DNA of 63,915 bases, filler included, from Saprolegnia diclina VS20 (taxonomy: Eukaryota): assembly GCF_000281045.1 (NCBI RefSeq). It is 5 parts of 3 records of this genome, joined end to end, with 100 filler letters (N's around TTAATTAATTAA, not from the genome) between each part and the next. Parts side by side here need not be neighbours in the genome. Positions count along the whole stretch, not along the records: positions 1 to 19,311 come from NW_008246225.1; positions 19,412 to 35,384 come from NW_008246225.1; 3 more parts are not named here. One strand, given 5' to 3'. The translations under genes and the position numbers were made by a program. Below the pieces are notes generated by a model. The model saw nothing but the letters and a program-made list of their open reading frames with translations, was not told where the DNA came from and did no database searches. Shown in pieces: positions 10,712 through 23,696 of this stretch. How positions within the stretch are numbered: the first letter of the stretch is position 1; each line of letters starts with the position of its first letter.

Positions 10712-12298
10712 CTAGAGACGTGAAATTGACGACCCCGGCCACTGCAAGACGGCGGCGGTCACTTGATGCGAGGTCAGCGCAATGACCAAGAGCGACGCCG
10801 CAAGCTTGCTAAGGCCGCCAAAGTGCCGGAGTGAGATGCATTCGCTGCGCTGCTTGGGGAGGAACCACGCGGACAGACAGCCAAGGACGTTGAGCCCCAA
10901 GGCGATGTTGAACGACGTGGTACTCCAGCGGCCGTCGGGGCTAGCGTAGTGTTTATGCAGCGCCATCACAAGCGGATGCACAACCTCGCCAGACGTGGAG
11001 AGAAGTGAAATCGTTGTGGCTTCAAACCCGTACGGCGCAACCTCGACCATCGGGAGGTGGCGGAGGACGTACTGGATCGCGGTGGGTACGGACGAGAACC
11101 AGACGAGGGTCACCGCGCCCCAGTTGGTCGCATTATCGACTACCGATGCATGTTGAAGAACGTGCAGCAGCATGTTGGCAGATGCGGCCAAGAGGAACGA
11201 CCGCTGCCAGTGCCACGAGAGCCCGTGGCTTTGCACGTACGCCAGCGCGTAGGCAAAGAGCACAAAGAAAACGAGCCGGACGATCCAGGGGTAGATGGTG
11301 CGGAACCACAGCAGCGGACTATACCCATTGGCAACCGACGACAAGGCGAGGCAGCAGCCGGCACCGGCTTGAAAGAGAGCGATTTGCCAAATCTACATGG
11401 CTTTTGTTTGAGATGACGAGTGCAATGACGACGAGACGTACGGCTTTGTTTTGGAGCAAGCGCCCAAACATGTAGTGGCGCCGGCGAAACTCGAAGGACG
11501 GCGCGAGGCGCGACTCGTTGGCGAAAAAGAGAAGTGCCGGCACGGGGAGAATGCAGACAACAGCCACGATGCGCAAGACAGACGCCTTATCGAGCGCCCA
11601 CGTCAAGTGGCCGTTGGTGTCATCCGTGAGGCACGCGAGCAACAGCGATGAGAGACTCGCGCCAAACCAGTGCAAAGCCAGCAGCGTGATTTGTGTCCGG
11701 CCACGCGCTTCGATGGGCTCGCGTTGAGCGTACTCGACCATGAGTCCGTCGGAGGCTGTCTGAACGAGCGCCGCGCTCAGCGATGCCAAGACGACACCAG
11801 CTGCATGTGCATCTCTAATCATGAGACAATAAGAACATAGCCTACAAGAGACGAAAGTGCGTACTCGTCGCGAGCAACGACAGAGAGGATGAAGAAGGCG
11901 ACGACCATCGAGGTCCACCCGAGAAGCATGTACGACTTGCGCTTGTAACCAAGAAATGGCACGCTGTCCGAGATCAGTGCAAAGATCACTTTTGCGTAAA
12001 AGCCAATGTTGACGAGGCCGGCGCGGCCGGGTGCTGGCGCTGAGAGGACAGTGAAGAGAGTCGTGACCATGCCAAGGACACCCGCGCTAACGAGCAGACC
12101 GGCGTGCGTTGCCGAAAAGAGGTCCACGGGCGACCCGTCTCGGAGCGGACCTTCAAAGTCGTCTTTGGGGGTGCGCGCCTTTTGCCCGCGCCACGCGTTC
12201 GAGTAGATGTCGCCGTGACTCGAGTCGACAAAGATTTCGTATGGCTTGAGGTACCCGAGACGCGACGACTCCATGATCGTGATCGGACTCGCCGACAT
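10712..12298 (-). CDS. Folate-biopterin transporter (FBT/BT1, MFS)-like protein, 2 introns
   Basis: GPLRDGSPVDLFS, KVIFALISDSVPFLGYKRKSYMLLGW, ASDGLMVEYAQREPIEARGRTQ and spliced LQNKA|IWQIALF; multiple hydrophobic helices. Confidence 0.8.
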
Positions 12299-13317
12299 CG
12301 GTGGTGTGGGATATGCAGCAATAGACAAAGTGAATCTACGACAGCACCAAACTTGACCATCCGGTTCCTATTTGTAAAAGCATTGTGGTTCGAAGAAGAC
12401 GCGTTGCAGCGGCCGCTGGTGTCGGCACCAGCTGCAGGTGCGGCGTGGACTGTATTTTGGCTTCGCCCGTGATGAGTCGAAAAACAGATGGTTGGTGTGA
12501 CGTGGCAGCACCCAAGCGAGCCAGCGGCTAGTAGCGAGCCAGTGCTAGTCAGTTTGCCCTCATGTCGAGACAAGGGAAACGAGCAGTTGGACAACCGACT
12601 CTGCCGCGCGTTTAAGACAATGGAACGCGTTAGACACACGACCAGCGAGCAATGGTCCACTGGAAACCACCTCGAGGGATGCCATGCCGTGATGGGTCGA
12701 CCACGGCTTTCTCCGAGCCATGATCATGGTCCATCGCGATACAACCAACGACGCCGGCTGGAGAATCATGTCGACCCAGCAAAGAAAGATGGCGTGTGAA
12801 AGTAGCGAAACTACTCGTCATTTTCTAGAGCACATGGAGCCGTGCGATCGTATCATTTGTGTGAGAGGCCGAGCATGATGCAAGGCGTGTCGGGCTTTGC
12901 TAGTGCTGCCTCTTGTAGTGTTCGACTCTTTGTACGTTGTTGAATGGCGTCGTGGGTTTACGGTATTTACTCACGTCTGGATATCCAGGATCGCTGCTCC
13001 AGTCTGCACTGCCATGACGCAGCATGGTCCAGAAGCGCAGGACGACCAGGAACGTGCTCCCATCACCTCGCTGACGCGCCTATCGACAGCGTTCGGTGAA
13101 GGTGAGAAACAGCATCGAGTCATAGAAACACCACAGTCAAGTTTTTTTCGCGTCCATGAGACTGCTTCTAGTACATTTCCCATCACTTGAAAGGGCCAGC
13201 AGACTCGAATTCCCACAACGTCATACACACTATTTCATCACAAATATATAGTGTATATAACAGTATATTACAGCAGAGTGTGGATCTTCCACTGGCTATG
13301 CAACAGATTGAACAACG

Positions 13318-14221
13318 ATGCTCTGCGGGTCTTTGCTGCGCCTTCGCCGCCCGGTCGGGGCTGTGACCGCGCTCCGATGCTTCGCTGCGGATGCGCGCAA
13401 GTCGGCGCCGGCCAACGCGCGCTTCAAGCTCCTCGGCGACAACGACCACGTGGCGCCGGCAACGTCGGTCGTCCCGAGCGACGTCCTGTACGAGTTCCAC
13501 CGCAAGGTAATGACCATGTCATGGTCACGCGCCCACTTCACCGCGTGCATGCGTATCTAGACGTACTTTACCATGATCTCGTCGGCGTCGCTCGTGCAAA
13601 TTGCGTTCTGGAGCTGGTTCAAGGGCGCCGAGATGGCAATCCCGATCACGCCGCTTGATGTGCCCGACACGACGCTCATGTCGATCATCACGAACGACGC
13701 GTGGTCATCGATCGGTCTCGGCGCAAGCGTCATGATGGCCGGCGTCGTCGGCTTCTTCGCCCAGGTAGCCAAACATCCAAACCGTTAAGTCTTCCTAATT
13801 CGCAGTGTAGCGCTCGATTGCCCGCGTCTCGGTGATCTCGGGTGGCGCCAAGCTTCGTATTACGACGCACAAGTTTCTTGGCGTACGCCATCTCTCCTCC
13901 AGGAGTCGAACCAGAGAATTATTGCTCTCTCCTTAGGGCCTCTCGGAGCCGACCGACTATGCGCTGCCGCAGATCCGCGTCCAGTCGCAAACCGACAAGT
14001 ACTTGACGCTCAAGATCAACGACTCAATGGGGTTCTACCTCATTGACGTCAACGGCACGTTCCACAACCGCGCCAAGCTCGACCACATTCTCCAGGTCGC
14101 ATCAACGACGGCCGCGCCGAGCGCCGAGGACAAGGCCAAGGCCAACGCGGGCACGACGTTCCCGCTGCGCTCGGATCTGCCCCGCACGGACCTCAAGACG
14201 GCGAGAAAGAACAAAAAGTAA
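13318..14221 (+). CDS. TMEM223-like mitochondrial membrane protein, 3 introns
   Basis: Arg-rich presequence; spliced DVLYEFHRK|TYFTMISS...QIAFW, RSIARVSVISGGAKLRITTH and LTLKINDSMGFYLIDVNGTF resemble TMEM223. Confidence 0.65.
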
Positions 14222-14299
14222 TCGCGACGCCATGGGTCCTCACGCGCTTTTCGGTAATACATTCGACGACGTCTCTTCATTGGCACCAACGTTGTCAGC

Positions 14300-15226
14300 T
14301 TACACACTGGGGTGACGAGGCGTGTCGACGCTCGACGCAAACAGAGGCGGTGGCATGGACCTGCCCGGCATCAAAATCACCTGCTGCGGTGTCTCCTGCG
14401 ACGCAGACAGCACGTCGATGGTCGCCTTGGTTCCGCTGTGGGCTGACGCTTGCATTCGCCGGAGTTCGTTGCGGGTATAGTACCAGATGAGGCCGAGACC
14501 AAAAATGCTGACGACAAGGCTTGTGACCAGAACAACAATGTGATCAGTGGAGAGTGTGCCCCCGCCGGCAAGGACGTCCTTGATGTTGCCAGAGACGCTG
14601 CCGACGTAGGCCCAGAACACGCCCAGCGGGAGACCGCAGACAAAATTTGAGATAAGAAAGGGCCAAAAGGGAACGCCGAGGACACTCAAGCTGTAGCACT
14701 TGAGCGTCACTGGCACGTATGCGAGCTGGATACAGAACAGCACGCGGTAGTTGGTCTCGGGGGACTCGAAGAGGTGGTGCAGCGCAAGCACGAGTGGGTA
14801 CCTGGCCATGAGGTAGGCGCCGAGGCGTTCGCCGCACGCTCGCGCGACACCAAACGCAAGTGCTGATCCAAGGACCGTGCCCGCGGTGTTGATGAGGATT
14901 GCGTAACCAAAGCCAAAGTACACGCCAGAAAAGGTCTCGAGAAGCGTGCAGGGTACGCCCGTGAGCACACAGGTCCAGAGAGCGAGGACGCAGACAAACC
15001 CGCTGATATCGCGGTGGCTCTACGCACAGCGAATCTCGGGTCGGTGTAGATTGCCACGTGAATGTACCTCGACCCAGTCGGCGTTGATGATGTGGGTGTG
15101 GGCCATGACGACATATCGCACACCGAACGCGAGGGCGGTGACGACGAGAATCACGAGAAATACCTTGCAAGCTGTGTACGTGGCTCGCAGCTTGGCACTC
15201 GACCTCGAGGCCGTGACCGTGCCCAT
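14300..15226 (-). CDS. VTT-domain (SNARE-associated Golgi, TVP38/TMEM64-like) membrane protein, 1 intron
   Basis: GVPCTLLETFSGVYFGF...GTVLGSALAFGVAR and YVPVTLKCYSLSVLGVPFWPF...; intron near 15020-15067. Confidence 0.8.
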
Positions 15227-15501
15227 TGTCGGCCACCAGAAGATGCGCAAATCTTCTGCCGCGGTTTCGCGCCATGTTGAGCCGAAGATACGAAGATACG
15301 AGTGATAGGGTGGAACAAGACCAAAGTTACGAGTGTAAAGTTCCCCAAACTCATAAAGCCGATGGTTTGTCGCGTCAGCGATGTTTGACTAACGTAGAAG
15401 TCTCGCGCTAATGTATACGAAAGACCTGGACACCGCCCGGCGCAAGCGGCAACTTCATAAACACCAAGATTGATACATTATTTGAAGCCCCATCATCATA
15501 T

Positions 15502-16683
15502 CTAGTCCTGCGCCGCGTTCTGGGCCAGCTTCTTGTAAATGGCTTTCAGTGTATCGCTGGCGGCCGTCGGCAGGCGCGTGCCAGGCCCAAAGATGGCGCC
15601 GACACCTTGCTCGTACAAAAAGTCGTAGTCCTTGGGCGGGATCACGCCACCGCAGATGACCAAAATGTGCTCCGCGCCTTGGTCCTTGAGCGCATTCATG
15701 AGCGCCGGTACGAGTGTGTTGTGCCCAGCGGCCTGCGAGCTCACGCCGACACAGTGCACATCCGAATCAATCGCTTGGCGCGCGACTTCCTCCGGCGTCT
15801 AGTATCGGTATGTTAGGATGAATTGGTTCATTGACGCCTTGTACCGAAAAGAGAGGGCCAACGTCGACATCGAAACCAAGGTCCGAGAAGCCCGACGCAA
15901 TCACCTTGGCACCACGGTCATGGCCGTCCTGGCCCATCTTGGCCACAAGAAGACGCGGACGACGACCTTGGTCCTCGGCAAACGCGTCCACCTCGGCCAA
16001 TACCGTCGTGTATTCAGCCTCGGCATCACTGGCCATATACGTATCGCGGTACGCACCCTGCACGACCGAGCTCTACGACATCACATCCCGTGAGTCTTGC
16101 AACTACAAAAAATGCAGTCGTACCTTGGGCACGTGGCGGCCCCAGACCGACTCGAGAGCATCCGAGATTTCGCCAACCGTGCACCGCGCGCGCGAGGCGG
16201 CGATGGCGAGGTTGAGCAAGTTGTATTCGTGCAGGCCAGGACCCGTCGACTCGGTGAGCTTGGCCGAGTGAACGAGGCGCTTGAGGCATTCTTGCGCCTC
16301 CGCTTCGTTGCGGTTCGCCTTGGTCGTGTTGATACGGTTGATCTGCGACTCGCGGACTTTGTTGTTGTCGATCGAAAGCACGTCGACGCGGTCTTCGTTC
16401 GCGAGACGGTACTTGTTGACACCGACAATGACGTCTTCGCGCGAGTCGACACGCGCCTGCTTCTTCGTCGCACTCTCTTCGATGCGGAGCTTGGCCATGC
16501 CGGACTCAATCGCCTTGGCCATACCACCCAATTCCTCAACCTAAAGACATGGTGTGAGTACTTGCTGACAAAGCTAACGTGTAGGGTACCTCCTGGATGA
16601 TCTCAAGCGCCGAGTCGACGAGTTCTTGCGTGAGGTTCTCCATCAAGTACGAGCCACCCCACGGGTCAGCGACCTTGGGAATA

Positions 16684-16715
<32 letters not shown>

Positions 16716-18207
16716 ACGGGCCATACGCGCGCTGAACTCGGTCGGCAATCCGAGTGCTTCGTCGAGTGCGTTCGTATGCAGACTTTGAGTACCGCCTAAT
16801 AACGACCACGGTCAGCACCAGCGTGACTTGGACATAAGGAGAAGGAGTGTACCCATGACGGCAGCCATGGCTTCGACGGTCGTGCGGATAATGTTGTTGT
16901 ACGGATCTTGCTCGGTAAGCGAGTAGCCAGACGTCTGTGCACATACAAATGAGCTTCGGAAGCCGCATCAAAATGCAAAAACGTACTTGGCAATGCGTAC
17001 GGAGCAACAGACTCTTGGGGTTCTTGGGCTTGAACTTTTCTTCGACAAGAATCGCCCATAGCTTACGCGCCGCACGGAGCTTGGCTACCTACGTCGACCA
17101 ATAAGCTTCATTCTGCGATGAAAGCAAGTGTACCTCCATGTAGAAGTTCATGCCGATCGCAAAGAAGAACGAAAGACGGGGCGCGACCATGTCGACGTCG
17201 AGACCAGCAGCGACCGCAGCACGCGCATACTCGATACCATCGGCAATCGTAAACGCCAACTCGAGCTTGGCGTCTGCGCCGGCTTCTTGCATGTGGTAGC
17301 CCGAAATCGAGATCGAGTTGTACTTGGGCATGTACACGGACGTGTAGCCAAAAATGTCCTACGGAGCAATCCCATGAGATGATACGTTGCAGTTGGACAA
17401 AGCTGCGTACTTGGATGATGCGCATCGACGGCTGCGGCGGGTAGATGAACGTGTTACGCACCATGAACTCCTTGAGGATATCGTTCTACATCCAGAGACT
17501 ATGAGCCACCATGACATAAGAGATGAGAAACACATACTTGGATCGTGCCGGCGAGAAGCTTCTGGTCGACGCCTTGCTCTTCCGCGGCCACGATGTACAT
17601 GGCCAGAATCGGCAACGCAGCGCCGTTCATGGTCATCGAGACGGACATCTTGTCGAGCGGAATGCCGTTGAATAAGATCTTCATGTCTTCGACCGAGTCG
17701 ATCGGGACACCGGCCATACCGACGTCACCCTGCACGCGCGGGTGGTCCGAATCGTAGCCACGATGCGTGGCCAGATCGAAGGCGACCGACAAACCTTGCT
17801 GACCTGCCTTCAAGTTCTTGTGGTAGAACGCGTTCGACTCCTCAGCGGTACTGAAACCAGCGTACTGCCGCACCGTCCAGGGCTTGGCCGTGTACATGGA
17901 CGCATACGGACCACGCGTGAAGGGGAAGGTACCGGGAAGTTGCGCCGGATCCAAGTCCTGCATATGCATGTGATCGTCGTCGCATGCTGCGTTCGTCGAG
18001 TCGTACCTCCATGTCGTCCTTGGTGTACAGCGGCTTGATGTTGATACCCTCGGGCGTCTTCCAGAGGAGTGTCTCCATCGGGTCCTTGCCCTTGAGCTCC
18101 TTCGTCGCGGCCTTGGCCCACGCTTCCGGCAGCGGCTTCTGGACCCGCCGGGTCACGCTCATGGCGCGCGTCAGGGCCAAGCTGCGGGGGACCGTGGATC
18201 GCCACAT
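15502..18207 (-). CDS. MMUT: Methylmalonyl-CoA mutase (adenosylcobalamin-dependent), mitochondrial, multi-exon
   Basis: [65 protein letters not shown] and the B12-binding [13 protein letters not shown] and SSQAAGH motifs. Confidence 0.97.
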
Positions 18208-19311
18208 ACCGAGGGAATTCTCAAATGCTGTGGTCGGCGGCTTTCACATCCCAGCAGGTATGAAAAGGGATTTTAGCCAATCAGAGCGAGAGACACCCGG
18301 CATCCCCCAGCCCTCCGCCCAGATTCAACCTGGAATATCCGGACAAAAGAGGTCCCCCTTCCATTTCATAGGGTCCCTTGTAAAGATGTGGGGTGCAGAA
18401 TTACTCGGCAGCGGACACTGCAGCCGCCGCAATGTTGACGATGCGTTTGAAGGCAACAAAATCACAAAGTGTACTGGATCATGACGGTCTAGGAGATGCA
18501 TTATTGTCCTTAATGGCGAGTGGATGAATTCAATTTTGGAAGGGACCCCCCACCGGGACTGACGATATGGGGCAACATGCGAGGTGACTGTGGGATGGAT
18601 CCGGTTAATACCGGCTGGCGAATCACATGGGCCGCGCTGGACGATCTCGGCAAGCAAACACTGCATCGCAAGGTTTCATCAAGCGCCTCGAAGATGCCAG
18701 GAGCCAAAGGACACACTTGTGTATGGTACAACTAAGGACGCTATGTGCAATGATCACATAAGCTGCGTCCGAATGTCGACCACTGCCTTCGTAACCCTAG
18801 GCCACCAACCACGTCGATCCAATCCGATCAGCAACAGCGTCATGCCACGCCCGATCCTCCGCGGACGTGTCCAAGGAAGCCTTTCGAATCAGCGCAAAAG
18901 CTGATGCAGCTCTAAGACGGAGCTTGCCGGGATCAGAGCACGATATCGTGTCCGGTGCTCTCGGGTGCCATCCCAGTGGGGCTAGCAAGGGACAAAGCAT
19001 GGCGTTGCGGTTGTTGCTTGCTTCTCCTGTTCTGGCCTGGCAAACCCTCGCTTTCATCTCCAAATGTTTGCGGCTGTGTTGAATTGTCCAAAGCATGGCT
19101 GCGCTCGAACCGTCCTCTGCCACGCAGCTTGTAATTCCGGCGTGCACGACCAAGAACGATATCAAAATCACGCGCAACGTCCGAATCGTCGTCACATATC
19201 CGTGATAGCTCAACGTGCTCAATAAACCACTAAATAGCTGCCCAAGATAACACGTCATCTTGGAAACTCTCCAATAGCTCGTCTCTGAATCCGACAAACG
19301 CGTGAAGTCAT

Positions 19312-19391
19312 NNNNNNNNNNNNNNNNNNNNNNNNNNNNNNNNNNNNNNNNNNNNTTAATTAATTAANNNNNNNNNNNNNNNNNNNNNNNN
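19312..19391. other. Assembly gap with artificial TTAATTAATTAA spacer (same at about 35385-35483, 45589-45688 and 61504-61603)
   Basis: An identical all-frame-stop 12-mer is embedded in N runs four times. Confidence 0.95.
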
Positions 19392-21565
19392 NNNNNNNNN
19401 NNNNNNNNNNNTGCTACAAAAGGCACTGCGCTACCGCAACCGAACACGCGAGCTGCAATCCAACGACGGCTGTGACGTCGGCGCTCGCTTTGGCATCACG
19501 TGGCACAAGGCAGTGGTCGCCACAAAAGCCTAGTCGATCGCATAGAACAACGTATTTAACTGCTCAAATAGAGTGGATTCGTCCTGCATCCGGCGCTGCT
19601 GAAGTACACATAGTTTTCGGGATTTGATTGACCGCTGGCCGTGGCGGGTCAGAGACAAGAAGGCTTAACGCAAAAATACATAGCCGGCGCTCGGAGTATC
19701 GCTTTGATCTGGACAAAATAACTCAACTTCCCGACAGCACCTGGAAGCACCATAAGAGCGTTGCGACGGCTCAACTCGATTCTCGTGTACTGGTCGCATC
19801 GGAGCATGGGGAGTTGGGTTGACGGCTCCCACCCCTCTGATTGGCCCATGCGTCCTGGCACACTGTTGCTGGACGATTTAATCGTCCAGCGCTGCAACAG
19901 GTCGGTGTGCATAAACCGCGCGGCGGGCACTGACTTGTCCTTCGAACACAGATCCAAGCTACGCAAGCGGATTGGCTCGGCAATCTCGGAATTCCGGACG
20001 CAGCGTATTTATATATCTTTTTGTGCCACCAAGGTGCATAGATTCGACACCAAGCGGCGCGTAATCAGCGCCCCACCACGATGGGAGCGGACGTGACAAA
20101 GACGCGGCGCTGGCTGCTGCCCCGTACTCGCAGTCTTCACTTTGATTTCCACCGCCATGCCGCACTGCCGAGAGCCTCGTGCGCTGCTGCTGACGTACAC
20201 GGACGATCTTGTCCGGCGGCGCACGGAGGCAGTGCTCGGACGACTCATGAGCCACGCATGCGAGCCGACATCCGCCATCAACACTTTTTTGGCGCGAAAA
20301 GCGCTTCGGTACCGAAGGAAAAAGTTCGAGCCGACTGCCCAAGCAAGAAGCGACCTCGCCAAGACCTTTGGTATCACATGGCAAAAGACCTCGACGCCAA
20401 ACGAGCGCGATAGCCAAAGGTAGAAAGACAGACTCTCGTTTACCAAATTTTTGATTCAAGATACTGCATCCCAATACACAATGCGACTCAGCTCCGTGAC
20501 TTAAGGCGAGCGGCAACGCATTATTGCGTCAGCCTCGTGAGATCCCAAAAGCGATAGCTATAGCAATCCTCCAGCTAATCACAGCACAACGGGCCGGCAG
20601 CAGATTTTCCCCAAAACATGTGATTCTGAAGTGACTGATTCTGACCGGAAGATCGCAAAAGTCAAATATCGCGCAAAAGCCGGCAACAAAACCGAACGAC
20701 GCTTCTTGCAGCCCACTATCGCCGAGCGACACAACATAGACCATCCGACGCATTGTTCGATAATCGATGTACGTTGTTAAGCTCATTTTAGTCCTCGTGT
20801 ACTTTCAACTAGTACTGTCGAAAACACAAAACTGACCAGGTGAAGGCGAGGCGCTTCATGATTGCCATCGTATCGCACCCTCGAGATCGGCTCCATTTTA
20901 TCGTATCGAGCGTATCTTAGTCCCACTCTGCCTTTTACGACGGCCCCATCCAAGGAATTGTGATCCGACGCGAAACGAGAGCAGCACCTTGGTGGGCCAA
21001 GTTCGTGTGCGACATCGTTACACAGGAGACTGACAACGCACTGAACCAAGGCCAAGGAAGACGTTGTTGAAGAACCAGCTTCATATTTAATCGAGCGAGT
21101 AGTAGACTAACGTTATCGCAATACTAGCGATCGAAAGCGTAGTAGCTGACCTAGTATGAGAGACAGCTCTCACAGCAATCAAGCTGATGGTTGTCATAGT
21201 TTTGCCACCAACGGGAGGCTGTCGCTGGATTGTTGCCGACTGCACAGTTTACTTGGATGCGAAGATGACGCAACCCTGCAATCCATGAACGATGGCTCTT
21301 CCCGCACACTGCTGTAGGTATCAAGTACTCAGCGTGTACTTGCTGGGTAACCAAAGCGTTGGTCTCCCGCACAACCCGAAATGTCCAAGTTTTCCAAAAC
21401 GATGTTTCGCGAGTGATGGTCAATTTCGATCTGGCCAATCTGCTCCTCTGGCGCGGTTCTACCATCACTCTCACATGTACGGCAACAATCCAGCGACACA
21501 ACCGCGGACGTCGATATTGCCAGTACGCACAATCCTATTTACACCGTATCATCAACACCTACACT

Positions 21566-22423
21566 ATGAGCTGCACATCGATTCAGCAAGATACCGTCGA
21601 GCGCCACCGCGCTAGTGGCAACAAGAATCTAAATCTCTCGCCTCGCTCGCACAACGACAGCACCAAGTCGCCCGCCAAGACCAAGAAAAAGGCACCTGCA
21701 GCAACGTCGCCGAAAGCAGAGAAGAAGTCGATGCGCACCGCGACCGACGTCATCCACCGCATCCTTTGGGACGACAACATTACGCAAACCGAGGTCATTG
21801 TCGGGTACCTCGATCGGTTTGTTGGTACGGTCGAGCGCAACTTTGCGGCGTTCAACTGGGCCGACATTGCGACCTTGTCGCAGAACGAGACGGCGATCCC
21901 GCAGCACCGAATCCAGTACTTTAAATGGCGCGACGAGATCATTTGGGACAAGCGCGTGCGGCTCGACCGCGTCTTTGGCTCGTCTGGTCACGACATGATT
22001 GCGTTCTCACCGTCGACGGCCGCCCCTGCACCGTCGTCTGCCGTCGCCGCCGTGACGCCGGCCAATGTTACGTTCCATGCCAACACGGACCGCCCGAACA
22101 CCTTCTTGTGCTTTCGCATCACGGACTCTAGCGTCGTCGACGCATGCAAGCACGCGCAAGCTGCGATTCTTCGCGGCGACCCGCGACTGGCACCGTCGGC
22201 GCTCGCACCAGCGCGGTTTCACTGCACGCTGCTGCTGATGCGCCTCAAGACCCTCGACGAGATTGACGCCGCCAAGCGCGTGTTGGCCGAATGCCAGGGG
22301 TTACTGCACACTCTGTGCACATCGAATGTCACATTCGACGGCGTCAGCGCTTTTGGCAACCGCGTCGTCTACGCCAAGGTAGCGCCGCACGACGGACTGC
22401 TGACGCTCGTGGCGACGCTAAAA
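21566..22423 (+). CDS. LENG9-like protein: MJ1316/DUF504 domain plus AKAP7-type 2H phosphoesterase; 3' end lost in gap, start uncertain
   Basis: MRTATDVIHRILWD...VGYLDRFVG...AIPQHRIQYFK...IWDKRVRLD (DUF504), followed by RPNTFLCF...FHCTL...FGNRVVY (first 2H HxT motif). Confidence 0.8.
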
Positions 22424-22818
22424 NNNNNNNNNNNNNNNNNNNNNNNNNNNNNNNNNNNNNNNNNNNNNNNNNNNNNNNNNNNNNNNNNNNNNNNNNNNNN
22501 NNNNNNNNNNNNNNNNNNNNNNNAAACTTGAGCCTTCCACGCGGACTAAGTTCTGCTGCGATAGATCCGCCCCTGGCGACGGTGCTGTTGAGGTTGTGCT
22601 GTCGAGCGTCAATACGCTGGCTTCGAAAAACATTCTTTTTGCGAAACGAAAAAGGTTGGGAATCGCCTACAGTGAGGTTACCAAGGATCGCAACCTCCTC
22701 ACTGCGGTATAACAGTATCTATCCGTTACGAAAGGGTGCTCCACGGAGAGAAATATCTACATAACGTCTCCGATGGAGAAACCACTGGTGCCATTCGGCG
22801 AGGTGGTAGCTCCATAAT

Positions 22819-23097
22819 ATTCAGAAAGCAGTGTACTGGAAGCTCGCAGTTGAAAGAACGCACCGTGGACGCAGTGCATAAACCCGTCGAGAGTGGTCAG
22901 ACGCATCAACCACGTTGCCATATCGGCGCGCAATTTCATTGGTCTCCGAATGGTACACGGCTGTGAACACCTGTGCCTGGACATATAAACGCGAGTGCCG
23001 CCCTTTGCCGTGGCCCTTCAACTCGATCTCGGGCTCGTATTAAAATCCTCGCACGTGATTGGTGCAATCTTGTTGTTCTAACCCCGAAAACACACGG
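22819..23097 (+). repeat. Dispersed repeat, copy A (copy B at 34875-35153)
   Basis: About 280 bp of near-identical direct copies; both abut assembly gaps. Confidence 0.85.
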
Positions 23098-23696
23098 NNN
23101 NNNNNNNNNNNNNNNNNNNNNNNNNNNNNNNNNNNNNNNNNNNNNNNNNNNNNNNNNNNNNNNNNNNNNNNNNNNNNNNNNNNNNNNNNNNNNNNNNGCG
23201 ATGTTATGGCGACCCAGACGCAGATGGAGACGTTTGCGACCGCCATCGCGACCGAGTCGCACGGTGCGATTCGCGTGCAGGTGGTCTGCGGTTCGATTCC
23301 GGCTCCTGGATCAACGTAGCCTATTCAAGAAATGGCCATCGACGCAGGCTAGACCACACCCTTTGTCGTGTAGGAACTACTACACAGATGAAAAAGTCGG
23401 ACAAGAGTATTTAGTTTCAAATGACTCATTGAATACTAGTCTGGCACCGATTCAAGTCTTATGATTCAAGTCTTATGGCTAGGGTTTTCGTAGGCGCCGA
23501 GCGTCTTCGGGGATGAGACCATGCACCACGTTCACCGTCCTCGTGAGTGTGGAATGGAAAAGCAGCAAGCGTTGACCAGACCATGACATTTCGCGCCGCC
23601 TTCCTAGTAGGCTGTAACGACTTCAAGCGACGAGCAACTACTCGCATTAACTTGGTCGGCAACAAAATTCGTCTATAATCGAAGCGCAGATGCAAG

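Noticed and set aside
19356..19367. TTAATTAATTAA repeated four times in the window
   Set aside because: Always embedded in N runs; an artificial contig spacer, not biological.
22819..23097. Coding potential of the 280-bp dispersed repeat
   Set aside because: No recognisable protein motif, and stop codons differ between copies; reported only as a repeat.
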